A model generated the notes under the pieces. The model worked only from the letters and a program-made list of their open reading frames with translations, made no database searches and was not told the origin of the DNA. Both the position numbers and the translations under genes were made by a program. Source: a virus (Duplodnaviria > Caudoviricetes). Taken from it: DNA of 64,000 nucleotides. Positions 47,766-57,633 of this stretch are shown here, one piece after another (position 1 is the first letter of the stretch; each line of letters begins with the position of its first letter). The stretch is taken from IMG/VR virus record IMGVR_UViG_3300030098_005649; one strand, written 5' to 3'.

Positions 47766-48139
47766 AAGTAGAAATTCCAAATGGTGATTTAGTAGATAAA
47801 ATTACTATACTAAAAATAAAACAACTCAATGTTATGAATGAAGAAAAATTACAGAACATCAAATTAGAATATCAAACTCTAAAACCATTATTGGAAGAAA
47901 TAGGTATGAGTGAAAATGATAGATTATTTACAGACTTGTTAGATGTAAATGAAAAGTTGTGGAGAATAGAAGACGACCTTAGAGTGTTGGAAAAAGATAA
48001 AGAATTTGGTAATACATTTGTAAATTTAGCAAGAGCAGTATATTTTACAAATGATGAAAGAGCCGAAATCAAAAAGAAGATAAATCTGAAAACAGGATCT
48101 AAACTTGTTGAAGAAAAGGATTATGTCGAGTACAAATAA
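47762..48139 (+). CDS. DUF6165-like helical protein
   Basis: GDLVDKITILKIK..NEKLWRIED..ARAVY..NDERAEIKKKIN..SKLVEEKDY. Confidence 0.75.
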   Translation: MKVEIPNGDLVDKITILKIKQLNVMNEEKLQNIKLEYQTLKPLLEEIGMSENDRLFTDLLDVNEKLWRIEDDLRVLEKDKEFGNTFVNLARAVYFTNDERAEIKKKINLKTGSKLVEEKDYVEYK

Positions 48140-51100
48140 AAAATATGTTACTTTAGCAATCCATTCTACTGCACAGGCAAAGTATTGGAATAGGGAAGAT
48201 GGATGGCAAACAGTTGTTGATTTTATGATTGACAAAGGTTATGAGGTTCATCAAGTAGATTGGGATAGTGGTGAGTATATGGGTAATCATCCACCTAAAG
48301 GAATTGTTGATAAGACTCATCTACCCTTACCAGAAACTGCACAGATAATAAAAGATAGTGAGTGTTTCATTGGTATTAGTTCAGGACTTTCTTGGTTGGC
48401 TTGGTCATTGGATGTTCCTGTTGTTATGGTTAGTGGATTTACAGACCCAAATTTTGAAATGGATTGTGGTAGAGTATTCAATGAGAATGTATGTAATTCT
48501 TGTTTTAGGGATGAGGAGTTTGATGCTGGTGATTGGAATTGGTGTCCACGACATAAAGATACTGATAGAATGTTTGAGTGTTCTAAAGAGATTCATCCAT
48601 ATGAAGTGTTGAATGAAATTAGTAAAATATTATTTCCAAAAAGTAAAGGTGTAGATTCTTGTAAAGTTATATGTACTTGGATGGGTGGTGATAGACAAAG
48701 ACGAGATGGACTAAAAAATAGTGGATACAGATATGATTGGCCAGACCACGGTCAGTATTGGGAGAAAGATAAAATTTTTGATTCATTCAAAGAGATTATG
48801 ACATTGGAACATTCAATTGATGGTGGTAGAAAATATGATACGATAATTGTAAACTCATATTCAGAAAATACTGAGATGTACAAGTATCTAAATTATATAA
48901 ATGGTGTTGAGACAAAGAATGGTAAATTTAGAGTATTGAATTTATTAGACAACGAAGGTAAGAATTACAAATCATTCAATGATGCATATAAATATTTTAG
49001 AGATGATTATGATTGGTGGATGTTTACACCAGATGATTATGTTTATTTATCTAATGGTTGGTATCAAGCCACTATAGATAAATTTGAAGAAAAAGAAAAT
49101 ACCGCTGTAGTTTCTTTATTGGGTAATGGTCAAGAGTGGAAAGGGTATTGGGATTTACATACTACACATTCTCACGATGGTGCTATTTTATCCAATACAT
49201 TTTACTTAGATAAATTGTTAGAATGGTTTGGTGGAACTTTTCCATATGCATCTGGTGATGTACATACCGACCATATGGATATGTCGCATGTTGTCGTGGG
49301 TGAGATACCATTCACCAATACATTTCAAAAGTATGGTTATAAGGTTGTGTCTTTTAGTGATACACACGATACTCAATACTTACCAGATGATAAGGTAGAA
49401 GAGAAACAAGATGAACTACCACCTGAAGTAAAATGGCCACTAACACATAATGGTAAAATATACTCCATACCATATTGGAATTGGAAAGAAGAAAAATATG
49501 ATAAGACTAATTTAGAACTTGAAGATAAATTCAACAATGATGTTTTTATAGTTACGGGTTATCCAAAAGGTGAAGAACGAATAAACTATATGATAGAAAC
49601 TATAAAACAACTAAAGAAAACTGGTAAAGAAATATATGTTGCATCACATTGTCCAATACCAATAGAGATTCAAGAAATGATTGATGGTTCTATATACGAT
49701 AAAAGAAATGAGTTGATTGACCAAGAAAGAGTTTTAGGTGGATACACAATATATGACAGACGATATGGTTCTTATTATGCAGTGTATTGGACTACTGGAT
49801 ATAACGATAGACACGACCAATGGGCATCTGTAAAAATACCAATACCACTTGGTAGACATCAAGTTGTATGTATGTCAAATATCCATAACGGATTGGCACT
49901 CGCAAGAGAGTTGGGTAAAGATTTGGCATACATTATAGAATCTGATATAAAGTTAGACGATAGAGATTTAGGTCAGTTTGATTGGATGAAAGACCAAATG
50001 AGACTACAAGGTAAAAGTGGGTATGTACAATCTTTTACAGACCAAAAATTTCCTGGTGGTAGGAAAGAAGGAATTTGGGGAATTGGTATGGAGTGGGCTG
50101 TAGTTGAACCAAGTTTGTTTCTTGATAAAGTAGATTGGGCATTTGGTGTTGATGAGTACTTTGAAAAGGCACATAAAAATGGACTACCATCTGCATATCT
50201 CGAAGAAGTATTTTTACATTACCTAAAAGATGATTTAGATAAATTTATATTTGATGTTATACCAGAAGATACTGATAAGTGTATTTCAAAAGTTTTACCA
50301 AACACAATATTGAATCAACAGATTGATATGAAAGAAGACCCACGATTAGGTGCTGTTATATGTAGGTCTGAAGCTGACCACAATGTAGTTGGTGACCCTT
50401 ACTTTTGGTTTATAAATTTTGGTACTGCAGAATATGAATTCCAAACAATCTATACTATCAATGATGAAATTATTTATACAGAAGATTGGATAAGTAAACA
50501 AAGTAGAACTCAAGTACCGAGATTACTTTACACATATTGTTTACGACTAAAAGTACCTAACGAAAACGAAATACATAAAGTACAACTTGTAGGTAAGGAT
50601 GGAAAAGTTGTAGTGGAAAGACAATATGATTCTGAAAATTTTATTCACCTAAATGGTGCCTGTACAATCAATTGTAAAGTGGACGCACTTCAATCACTAC
50701 ATTTGACATATGAGGGACACGATGAATATATGGCAATATGTGATGATGGTGGTGTGAGACATTGTACCTTTCATACTATACACTCAAGAGGTGGTTCAAA
50801 TGATAGATGGTATAAAGAACACAAGTTCTTATATGAGAATAATCTTGAGACAATAGAGTGTGATGACTTTATAGACTTTAGTCCACACGAAGGTATATGG
50901 ATAAAGAAAATTTATAGAGATAACAAACATAAAAATATAAAGGCAATACAAGATAATAAAATTTTTCAAAGATGTTTGTTGAGTAATAATCCATCTTTAC
51001 CAGATAAATTTATTATTGATATTGATGATGTTGAGATACAAGAAAATACATTTGTAAAAATAGATGAAAAAGATATTGATAAATTCTTAGATATATATCG

Positions 51101-51239
51101 TAAAAATAAATACCATCAACAACCACATACCATTATAGTGACTTCCGAAAACGAAAAATTAGACATAGAAATATTGAGTGGATATGAGTGGTTGGTAATT
51201 GAGAGTGATGGTTACTATGCTCACATAGGAAAAAAATAA
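48123..51239 (+). CDS. C-lobe of TibC/Aah-like heptosyltransferase fused to further GT-like domains
   Basis: HSTAQAKYWN, FIGISSGLSWLAW, CNSC..WCP..FEC iron-finger cysteines; later TPDDY and ESD DxD-like sites. Confidence 0.8.
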   Translation: MSSTNKKYVTLAIHSTAQAKYWNREDGWQTVVDFMIDKGYEVHQVDWDSGEYMGNHPPKGIVDKTHLPLPETAQIIKDSECFIGISSGLSWLAWSLDVPVVMVSGFTDPNFEMDCGRVFNENVCNSCFRDEEFDAGDWNWCPRHKDTDRMFECSKEIHPYEVLNEISKILFPKSKGVDSCKVICTWMGGDRQRRDGLKNSGYRYDWPDHGQYWEKDKIFDSFKEIMTLEHSIDGGRKYDTIIVNSYSENTEMYKYLNYINGVETKNGKFRVLNLLDNEGKNYKSFNDAYKYFRDDYDWWMFTPDDYVYLSNGWYQATIDKFEEKENTAVVSLLGNGQEWKGYWDLHTTHSHDGAILSNTFYLDKLLEWFGGTFPYASGDVHTDHMDMSHVVVGEIPFTNTFQKYGYKVVSFSDTHDTQYLPDDKVEEKQDELPPEVKWPLTHNGKIYSIPYWNWKEEKYDKTNLELEDKFNNDVFIVTGYPKGEERINYMIETIKQLKKTGKEIYVASHCPIPIEIQEMIDGSIYDKRNELIDQERVLGGYTIYDRRYGSYYAVYWTTGYNDRHDQWASVKIPIPLGRHQVVCMSNIHNGLALARELGKDLAYIIESDIKLDDRDLGQFDWMKDQMRLQGKSGYVQSFTDQKFPGGRKEGIWGIGMEWAVVEPSLFLDKVDWAFGVDEYFEKAHKNGLPSAYLEEVFLHYLKDDLDKFIFDVIPEDTDKCISKVLPNTILNQQIDMKEDPRLGAVICRSEADHNVVGDPYFWFINFGTAEYEFQTIYTINDEIIYTEDWISKQSRTQVPRLLYTYCLRLKVPNENEIHKVQLVGKDGKVVVERQYDSENFIHLNGACTINCKVDALQSLHLTYEGHDEYMAICDDGGVRHCTFHTIHSRGGSNDRWYKEHKFLYENNLETIECDDFIDFSPHEGIWIKKIYRDNKHKNIKAIQDNKIFQRCLLSNNPSLPDKFIIDIDDVEIQENTFVKIDEKDIDKFLDIYRKNKYHQQPHTIIVTSENEKLDIEILSGYEWLVIESDGYYAHIGKK

Positions 51240-51332
51240 TAAAAAACGATATATACTTTGTAAAAATCCAAGATATATATCTTATTTATTATCAGAAAAG
51301 GAAATGTTACTAAATCAAAAACGGAGAGTTCT

Positions 51333-52088
51333 ATGTCTGATAAAATCCAAAAACAACAAGAGTGTAAAAACAAACGACAAGCTCTAACTCAAATCAAAAG
51401 ATTAAAGTTAGACGAGTCTTTGGAGTTTCGTGGTAATAACCAAAAATTGTTTTATGAGGAAATTACCAAAAATGATATTACTTTTTCAATAGGCCCAGCA
51501 GGATGTGGTAAAACATATATTGCATCATATTATGCATTGACTGCACTGGCAACCAAAAAAGTAGATAGTATCATTATTACCAAACCTCTTGTGGAACTTG
51601 GTGGTGAAAAACTTGGTTTCTTACCTGGTGATATTGACGAAAAGACAGAACCTTTTATGATGTCAATCTATTATAATATGGAACAGATTATCGGTAAACA
51701 AAGGTTAGATGTTTTGAGACAAACAGGTGTGATTCAAGTAATACCATTTGCATATATGAGAGGTTTGACCTTGGCTAATAAACTTGTAATATTAGATGAG
51801 GCCCAAAATGCCACACCACTACAATTGAAAGCATTTCTAACGAGAATTGGAATGGGTTCAAAGTATGTGATAACTGGTGATTTGGAACAAACCGATATTA
51901 TAAAAGAAAATGGTCTCGAAGATTCTATCAAGAGATTCATTGGATTAGATGGTGTGGGATTCTCTCGATTCACTTTAGAAGATGTGACACGACACCCAAT
52001 CGTACAAGGTTTACTCTCAAGATACAAACCAACTTGGGTATTACCTAACACATCTGCTGAAATCACATTATCAAGATACTTGGCATAA
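51333..52088 (+). CDS. phoH: PhoH-like ATPase
   Basis: GPAGCGKT, LGFLPGD, AYMRG, DEAQN, TGDLEQ, RHPIV. Confidence 0.95.
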   Translation: MSDKIQKQQECKNKRQALTQIKRLKLDESLEFRGNNQKLFYEEITKNDITFSIGPAGCGKTYIASYYALTALATKKVDSIIITKPLVELGGEKLGFLPGDIDEKTEPFMMSIYYNMEQIIGKQRLDVLRQTGVIQVIPFAYMRGLTLANKLVILDEAQNATPLQLKAFLTRIGMGSKYVITGDLEQTDIIKENGLEDSIKRFIGLDGVGFSRFTLEDVTRHPIVQGLLSRYKPTWVLPNTSAEITLSRYLA

Positions 52089-52170
52089 AAAAGATAAAGA
52101 AAAAATCGATTTTCAGAATTTACATACATATATATAAATGTAAGAAGTTTTGAAAAACATTTTCAAATAT

Positions 52171-52244
52171 AAAATAGAGGCTCACACGATTTTTAGTTTC
52201 CACTTCGTTCCAAACTTAAAAAACAAGATGAGCCTTTATTTTTT
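52171..52244 (+). other. long imperfect stem-loop with U-tract
   Basis: AAAATAGAGGCTCA/TGAGCCTTTATTTT outer stem; TTTTTAGTTT/AAACTTAAAAA inner stem. Confidence 0.7.
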
Positions 52245-52259
52245 AATCCATTTAGATAA

Positions 52260-52787
52260 ATGAATAAATATGCAATACAATCTTTTCCTGGTGAAGTTAC
52301 ATATGGGAAATACAGAAACTCATATTGGTATGGTTTGTATAGTATTGATAATCCAATCTATAAATGGGTAATTCAAAGAATCAAAAAAGAAACACCACAT
52401 CAAGATATATTTGACATATGTGTATCAGGTGGTATCTTAGAAGATTGGTTTACTTGGGATGTTGATTTATTTTTATTTGGCCCTTATGAACCTAAAAAAA
52501 TAAGAGAATCACTTGACACAATGGTTCGTATAGGATTTGAAGAACATCTTTATATTGATGCTGTATGGCAAGAAAAACCTTGGCCTATAGATAATCCTGA
52601 TAAATGGGAAATGGAATGCTATTCGTATGAGTTGAGTAATGAATGGTCACGAGATGGTAACTATAGAGATTTGAGTGATAGAGAATTAGTAGATGGATTG
52701 TACAGAAGAGTTACGAAATTTCCTTTCAATAAACATATAAGAAATCACGAAAAAGGTTATAGATATAAAAAACCAATATTTTTATAA
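52260..52787 (+). CDS. putative nucleotidyltransferase-fold protein
   Basis: VSGGI..WDVDLFL (hG[GS]..DhD). Confidence 0.5.
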   Translation: MNKYAIQSFPGEVTYGKYRNSYWYGLYSIDNPIYKWVIQRIKKETPHQDIFDICVSGGILEDWFTWDVDLFLFGPYEPKKIRESLDTMVRIGFEEHLYIDAVWQEKPWPIDNPDKWEMECYSYELSNEWSRDGNYRDLSDRELVDGLYRRVTKFPFNKHIRNHEKGYRYKKPIFL

Positions 52788-52795
52788 AATAATGC

Positions 52796-52825
52796 TTGAC
52801 TTATATACAAATTTCTTTGTATATT
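52796..52825 (+). promoter_or_regulatory. sigma70-type early promoter
   Basis: aatgcTTGACT-18-TATATT. Confidence 0.8.
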
Positions 52826-52831
52826 TATAAT

Positions 52832-53338
52832 ATGAAAAACACAGTTATATTTGATTTAGATGGTACTCTTGCTAACATTGATGTTAGAAGAGACAAGTCA
52901 CTAAAACCTAATGGTAAATTAGATTGGGATATATTTGCTTCTCCAACATCTGTTATGGATTGGGACACACCCAACAAACCAGTTGTGAAGATGGCACAAT
53001 TGTTTCACAATGATGGTTTTAGAATTGTTATCTTTAGTGGTAGGAATGATAGGTCGTTTCACGCTACACGAGATTGGTTGAAAATACACAATGTACCATT
53101 TGATTTATTAGTTATGAGACCTGATAAGTTCAAGGACGATTCGTGGCCTGTTGCTGATGGTAACCCTGCCACATTCGATATGAGATTTATGCCCGATGAG
53201 ATTCTCAAGAAAAAGATGTTAGATACTTTTGTAGATATTGATGATGTATTTCTTGTGGTAGATGACAGAGACAAAGTTGTCAAGATGTGGAGAGACTTAG
53301 GACTAAATACCTTTCAAGTAGCACCAGGTGATTTCTAA
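52832..53338 (+). CDS. HAD phosphatase, T4 polynucleotide kinase 3'-phosphatase-like
   Basis: FDLDGTL, FSGR, VDDR..MWRDLGL. Confidence 0.85.
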   Translation: MKNTVIFDLDGTLANIDVRRDKSLKPNGKLDWDIFASPTSVMDWDTPNKPVVKMAQLFHNDGFRIVIFSGRNDRSFHATRDWLKIHNVPFDLLVMRPDKFKDDSWPVADGNPATFDMRFMPDEILKKKMLDTFVDIDDVFLVVDDRDKVVKMWRDLGLNTFQVAPGDF

Positions 53339-53860
53339 ATGAAGTGTATTTCTTGTGATAGTATGGTGGATGACCACCGATTACATCTTGGATACAATGA
53401 GTGTATAGAATGTTCTGATGAAGAGAAATATTCTGCACACCAAGTGTATCCACATAAAACAGGTGGATATGTACAACCAGTAAAGTCTGATACTAAGAAG
53501 AATTTACAGAGAATGGATAGACGAAGTACTGGTGGTGGTCGTACTGCCAAAGGTATTTTCTCAGACCAAAGTTGGGATAGGTGGTTGAAAAATTATGAAG
53601 AACAAAAAAACAATCCTAAACCAAAAAGAAAAATAATATGGAAAGCACCTGTAGTACACTATTTATCAGAAGAGGAGCGTACAAAGTTAGTACAATCCTA
53701 TTATGATAATAATGGTTATCAACCAACTTTGGATTATTGTATGGAGTTATATAGACAAGACAAAATCTCATTCACTATGAAAACTGAACTTGCCAATATG
53801 GTGACTCAACAACAGATGTTACCAAAAAGATTGAGAAAATGGGTAAGAAAAATAAAATAA
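53339..53860 (+). CDS. zinc-finger hypothetical protein
   Basis: CISC..CIEC N-terminus. Confidence 0.65.
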   Translation: MKCISCDSMVDDHRLHLGYNECIECSDEEKYSAHQVYPHKTGGYVQPVKSDTKKNLQRMDRRSTGGGRTAKGIFSDQSWDRWLKNYEEQKNNPKPKRKIIWKAPVVHYLSEEERTKLVQSYYDNNGYQPTLDYCMELYRQDKISFTMKTELANMVTQQQMLPKRLRKWVRKIK

Positions 53861-53873
53861 ATGAAAAAAGTGC

Positions 53874-53902
53874 TTGACCCGTGTTGTTTTTCTTCGTATA
53901 TT
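53874..53902 (+). promoter_or_regulatory. sigma70-type early promoter
   Basis: aaaagtgcTTGACC-17-TATATT. Confidence 0.8.
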
Positions 53903-53926
53903 AGAGTAAATTAATTAGGAGATATT

Positions 53927-54370
53927 ATGTCAAAAGAAAAGGAAACATTTGAAAAGAATGGTGGATACTTCATTGATGGAGTAGCCTATATGGATTGTAA
54001 AATCACAGGTGAACCTGTACCAAATGTCGCAACAGATATCAAGTCTGTTATTGGTAGTAGGGCACTAAATGGTATTATGGCCAAACAATTTCCTGTAACA
54101 GAAAAACCAAAATACAAACCTACAGGTAGACCAGCAGGATGGCATTGGATGGCAGAGTTTGTTGATAAAGATGGTAATGTTTTTCATAAGGGTAAAGAAC
54201 AACCTAAGTTGAAAGGTACACTTCCACCTACAAAGGTTGAACCTAAAAAGAAAAAGACTAAAAGAAGAACCAAACAACAAATTCTTCTTGATAGACAAAA
54301 AGAGAAAAAGGCGGCTTTGAGGAAGGCAGTACAAAAACAAAAAGATTTTATAAACAAACATACAGGTTAG
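53927..54370 (+). CDS. basic hypothetical protein
   Basis: SD aggag; behind promoter. Confidence 0.7.
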   Translation: MSKEKETFEKNGGYFIDGVAYMDCKITGEPVPNVATDIKSVIGSRALNGIMAKQFPVTEKPKYKPTGRPAGWHWMAEFVDKDGNVFHKGKEQPKLKGTLPPTKVEPKKKKTKRRTKQQILLDRQKEKKAALRKAVQKQKDFINKHTG

Positions 54371-54372
54371 TA

Positions 54373-54555
54373 ATGACAAAGAAAGAATGGTTAGAAGAAC
54401 AGATTATGTGTGATGAGTGGGGAAGACCACCATCATTAGCTGATGTTCCACTTACAATAATGACAAGAAAAGATGCTCTCATCAAACAAGGTGGGGACAC
54501 TAAATCAATAAACGAACTATGGGAGAAAAGTAAAAATGTCAAAAAAGAAAAGTAA
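54373..54555 (+). CDS. hypothetical protein
   Basis: TAATG coupling. Confidence 0.55.
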   Translation: MTKKEWLEEQIMCDEWGRPPSLADVPLTIMTRKDALIKQGGDTKSINELWEKSKNVKKEK

Positions 54556-54656
54556 GAAAGAAGAGTTTTGGGGTGGATACAAACAATTCACTTTGAAAGA
54601 TGGTACTAAGTTTTTAGCTCGTGACGAACACGATGCAGAACTATACAGGAGTAAAG

Positions 54657-55283
54657 TTGAAACCAGTAATTGATTGTCATAAAAATCACAATCCATTAAT
54701 AAAAAAGAAACTACGGGAGGTGTCAGTTGAAGAGGGATTGGCTATCGCAACGGAATTATTTCAGATACATAACGAAAGAAAAGACGGTATTGGGTTGGCA
54801 GCTAATCAAGTGGGAATTGATGCACAAGTGGCCATTGTCAATGTTCGTGAACCTTTGGTACTCATCAATCCGAAGATTGTATCAAAGGAAACTCCGATTA
54901 CTTATTATGAAGGTTGTTTATCTTATCCTGGCAAAGGAATATCCACACAAAGGTATAGGGACATAGTAGTTTCTACTGCACAAGAAGAGAGTCAATGGTA
55001 CTTTAGTGGTGCTGAAGAAAACTCAGAAGGTAAGAGTGGTTGGGACAAGGGTAATATGCAACAAGACCAAGAGAATAGAATATTGGAATCTGTTTGTGTA
55101 CAACACGAAATAGACCACTTGAATGGTATAACAATTCACGATAGAAGAATTGACAACACTATTAGAATTGAGAAAAAACCAGGTCGTAATGAAAAGGTAA
55201 CAATTCAAAAAGGAAATGAAACTCAAATAATGAAATATAAAAAAATACAAAAGTTTTTGGATGATGGTTGGACTATGGTATGA
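54657..55283 (+). CDS. def: peptide deformylase
   Basis: GIGLAANQVG, EGCLS, QHEIDHLNG; TTG start after aggag. Confidence 0.95.
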   Translation: MKPVIDCHKNHNPLIKKKLREVSVEEGLAIATELFQIHNERKDGIGLAANQVGIDAQVAIVNVREPLVLINPKIVSKETPITYYEGCLSYPGKGISTQRYRDIVVSTAQEESQWYFSGAEENSEGKSGWDKGNMQQDQENRILESVCVQHEIDHLNGITIHDRRIDNTIRIEKKPGRNEKVTIQKGNETQIMKYKKIQKFLDDGWTMV

Positions 55284-55459
55284 AATCAAAAATAGACCAC
55301 ATAATAATTGACCTAATATTGGAACACTATAATCTGTTATCACTAAAAGGTAAAAAAGAAATACTAACCGCAGAAGAATTTATGACCATAGTCGAAGTTG
55401 CAGAACATAAATATTGGAAAAAAATAATGTCAGCTGAAAACATAGTAGGAGAATCCTAA
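55280..55459 (+). CDS. hypothetical protein
   Basis: ATGA overlap. Confidence 0.55.
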   Translation: MKSKIDHIIIDLILEHYNLLSLKGKKEILTAEEFMTIVEVAEHKYWKKIMSAENIVGES

Positions 55460-55845
55460 TGAAAAAAATAAATCTATCTTTACTACATCTACTAATAGTA
55501 ATTGTTACTTTTATGTTTACTTTTGCAAAAGGACAAGACAGTTATAGTAGAAGATACGAAACACCAATTCTATTATCGGAACACAATCAATCTACAGACC
55601 GACCTGAAATTATAGCATATCAGTTAGTACCAGGTAGAGATAATTATTGTCATTTTGAAATTCAAATCGTAGAGGGTTTTGGTTGGAATGATATACCAGA
55701 TTATCAACGAGAAGAAACAAAAGAAATTATTATAGATAGAATTGTATTTGAAGAAATAAATCCTTGGGCTGTAAATGATATGTTTTACATAGACGAGAAA
55801 CCATATTATTTACTTCGTATACCATTTCAAGGATGGGAGTGGTAA
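55459..55845 (+). CDS. secreted hypothetical protein
   Basis: Signal peptide AKG|Q. Confidence 0.6.
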   Translation: MKKINLSLLHLLIVIVTFMFTFAKGQDSYSRRYETPILLSEHNQSTDRPEIIAYQLVPGRDNYCHFEIQIVEGFGWNDIPDYQREETKEIIIDRIVFEEINPWAVNDMFYIDEKPYYLLRIPFQGWEW

Positions 55846-55846
55846 G

Positions 55847-56161
55847 ATGCAAAGAATAGACCATATAGCAATTCAAGTTGATAATGTAAAGGAATCTGTT
55901 GCTTGGTATATGGACAATTATGATTGTATGATTATATATTGTGATGATACTTGGGCTATGTTACAATGGGATAATATAAAATTAGCACTTGTGGTTGATG
56001 ATGAACATCCATTTCACATTGCTTTTGAAACTGAAGACTTGGGACCATTGGGTGGTGTATTACATCGTGATGGTAGTATCAGTAGATATATTGATGACCC
56101 AAGTGGTAATAAAATTGAACTAATAAAATATCCAATAAAGGTGAATGATGAAAAAAGATAA
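55847..56161 (+). CDS. VOC/glyoxalase family protein
   Basis: IDHIAIQV, HIAF, DPSGNKIELI. Confidence 0.88.
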   Translation: MQRIDHIAIQVDNVKESVAWYMDNYDCMIIYCDDTWAMLQWDNIKLALVVDDEHPFHIAFETEDLGPLGGVLHRDGSISRYIDDPSGNKIELIKYPIKVNDEKR

Positions 56162-56420
56162 TGAAAGAAAGATACTAAGATTACTTAGAAATATGGAAGA
56201 AACAACTGATAAAATTTTTGAAGTACTACATAGAATTGAACTAAAATTTATAGATGATGATATAGAAAAAAATTCTAAAAAATGGGAAAAAGATAAAAAT
56301 AATATTTATGAGAGTCCAGATAATGGACACACTATTTATAAAAGGAAGTCTGGAGAAGACAAAAGATATTTAATAAATGATGAGGGAATGTACCCTTGGC
56401 ATAAAAATGGAGAGGAGTAA
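56145..56420 (+). CDS. hypothetical protein
   Basis: YESPDNGHTIYKR motif; overlap coupling. Confidence 0.6.
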   Translation: MMKKDNERKILRLLRNMEETTDKIFEVLHRIELKFIDDDIEKNSKKWEKDKNNIYESPDNGHTIYKRKSGEDKRYLINDEGMYPWHKNGEE

Positions 56421-56772
56421 GTTATGGGTAGACCAAAGAAAACTACTACTAAAAGAAAGTATACTCGTAGAAAAAATATAGTTGGAAACTTTAGAGGTTC
56501 TGAAGATATTTTTATGACAAAAGTTAGAGATGGGTTACTTGAATTTTTGAAGTCACCATTTACTGGTGTGTAAAATGAATTTTATAATTTTTTTTGTGGT
56601 TAGTTTAGTAGTAATATGGGGTATTTTAGAATACTTCGGAGTAGGAGAATAAAATGGATATTGAGACTTTAAATTATCTTGGATATGGAGAGGTGATGGA
56701 AATATCATTATGGATAACAATTATGTATGTTGGTAAAGGTTTTATTGATGAGTTTTTCAATAGGAGACTAAA

Positions 56773-57363
56773 GTGATTTTAGATAGTTTGTTAGCAGGTG
56801 TAATGTTATTCAGTTCATTTGCTGCTCGTACACCAAATGTACAACCAAATCCTGATGACTACGAAGTTAGTATTGGAATAAGTAAAGATAACTTTTATTT
56901 CAACCGACAATGGGAAAGAGAACTTGGAGAGTTTTATATAGACGATTTGTTTTGGGTAAAAATTGACAATGGTATATACTTCAAACCAGAGTATATGAAT
57001 AAAGAAAGTCAAGGTGTAAGATATCTAAAGATTGACTCAAGACGAAGTTGGAAAGGACTTTCTTTTGGATTCACAAGTCGTAATAGTGACGAGAATGTGT
57101 TCAGTAAAAACTTTGAAACATTCGTATCATTTGGTGGTAGTACGAAGAAAAAGTATTGGGATAAAGTAGATGTTGAATTTTCATTTGATGGATATTTTCC
57201 ACCAAGTCAAGATGATGGTAGAGACACTTTTGAGTTTGAAAACAAATTCAAAACATCATATCCATTGACAGAAAAAATACGATTATATAATACTGGTGAG
57301 ATTTCCAAACTACAAGGTAAAGAATTTTATAAAGCTAAAATTGGTATTGAGGTAACATTATAA
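56773..57363 (+). CDS. putative outer-membrane beta-barrel protein
   Basis: Signal peptide SFAA|R; alternating aromatic beta strands; ends KAKIGIEVTL. Confidence 0.5.
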   Translation: MILDSLLAGVMLFSSFAARTPNVQPNPDDYEVSIGISKDNFYFNRQWERELGEFYIDDLFWVKIDNGIYFKPEYMNKESQGVRYLKIDSRRSWKGLSFGFTSRNSDENVFSKNFETFVSFGGSTKKKYWDKVDVEFSFDGYFPPSQDDGRDTFEFENKFKTSYPLTEKIRLYNTGEISKLQGKEFYKAKIGIEVTL

Positions 57364-57633
57364 TGATTAGAAACTTGCCAGATGATGAAAAAGTTCAATA
57401 CATTATAATCGGTATATGTATCGGTGTAGGGTTAGGATATATGATTGCAATGTGGTTAGTTTCGTTGGAGATGTATGGGTAGATTAGGAGATTGGGATAA
57501 GGTCGAGAGAAAAAAACGACCTATAAAATTTACAAAACAAGATGAGTTTTGGGAATACTTTAAAATGTTTATATATATTTTATTGGCAGGAGTTTATTGT
57601 TACTATTTATTTGTATAGAAATATAAAGGTTAT

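Noticed and set aside
47762-48139. Intron or translational bypass joining the split glycosyltransferase
   Set aside because: The intervening DNA is a complete protein-coding gene overlapping both neighbours; no group I/II intron features seen.
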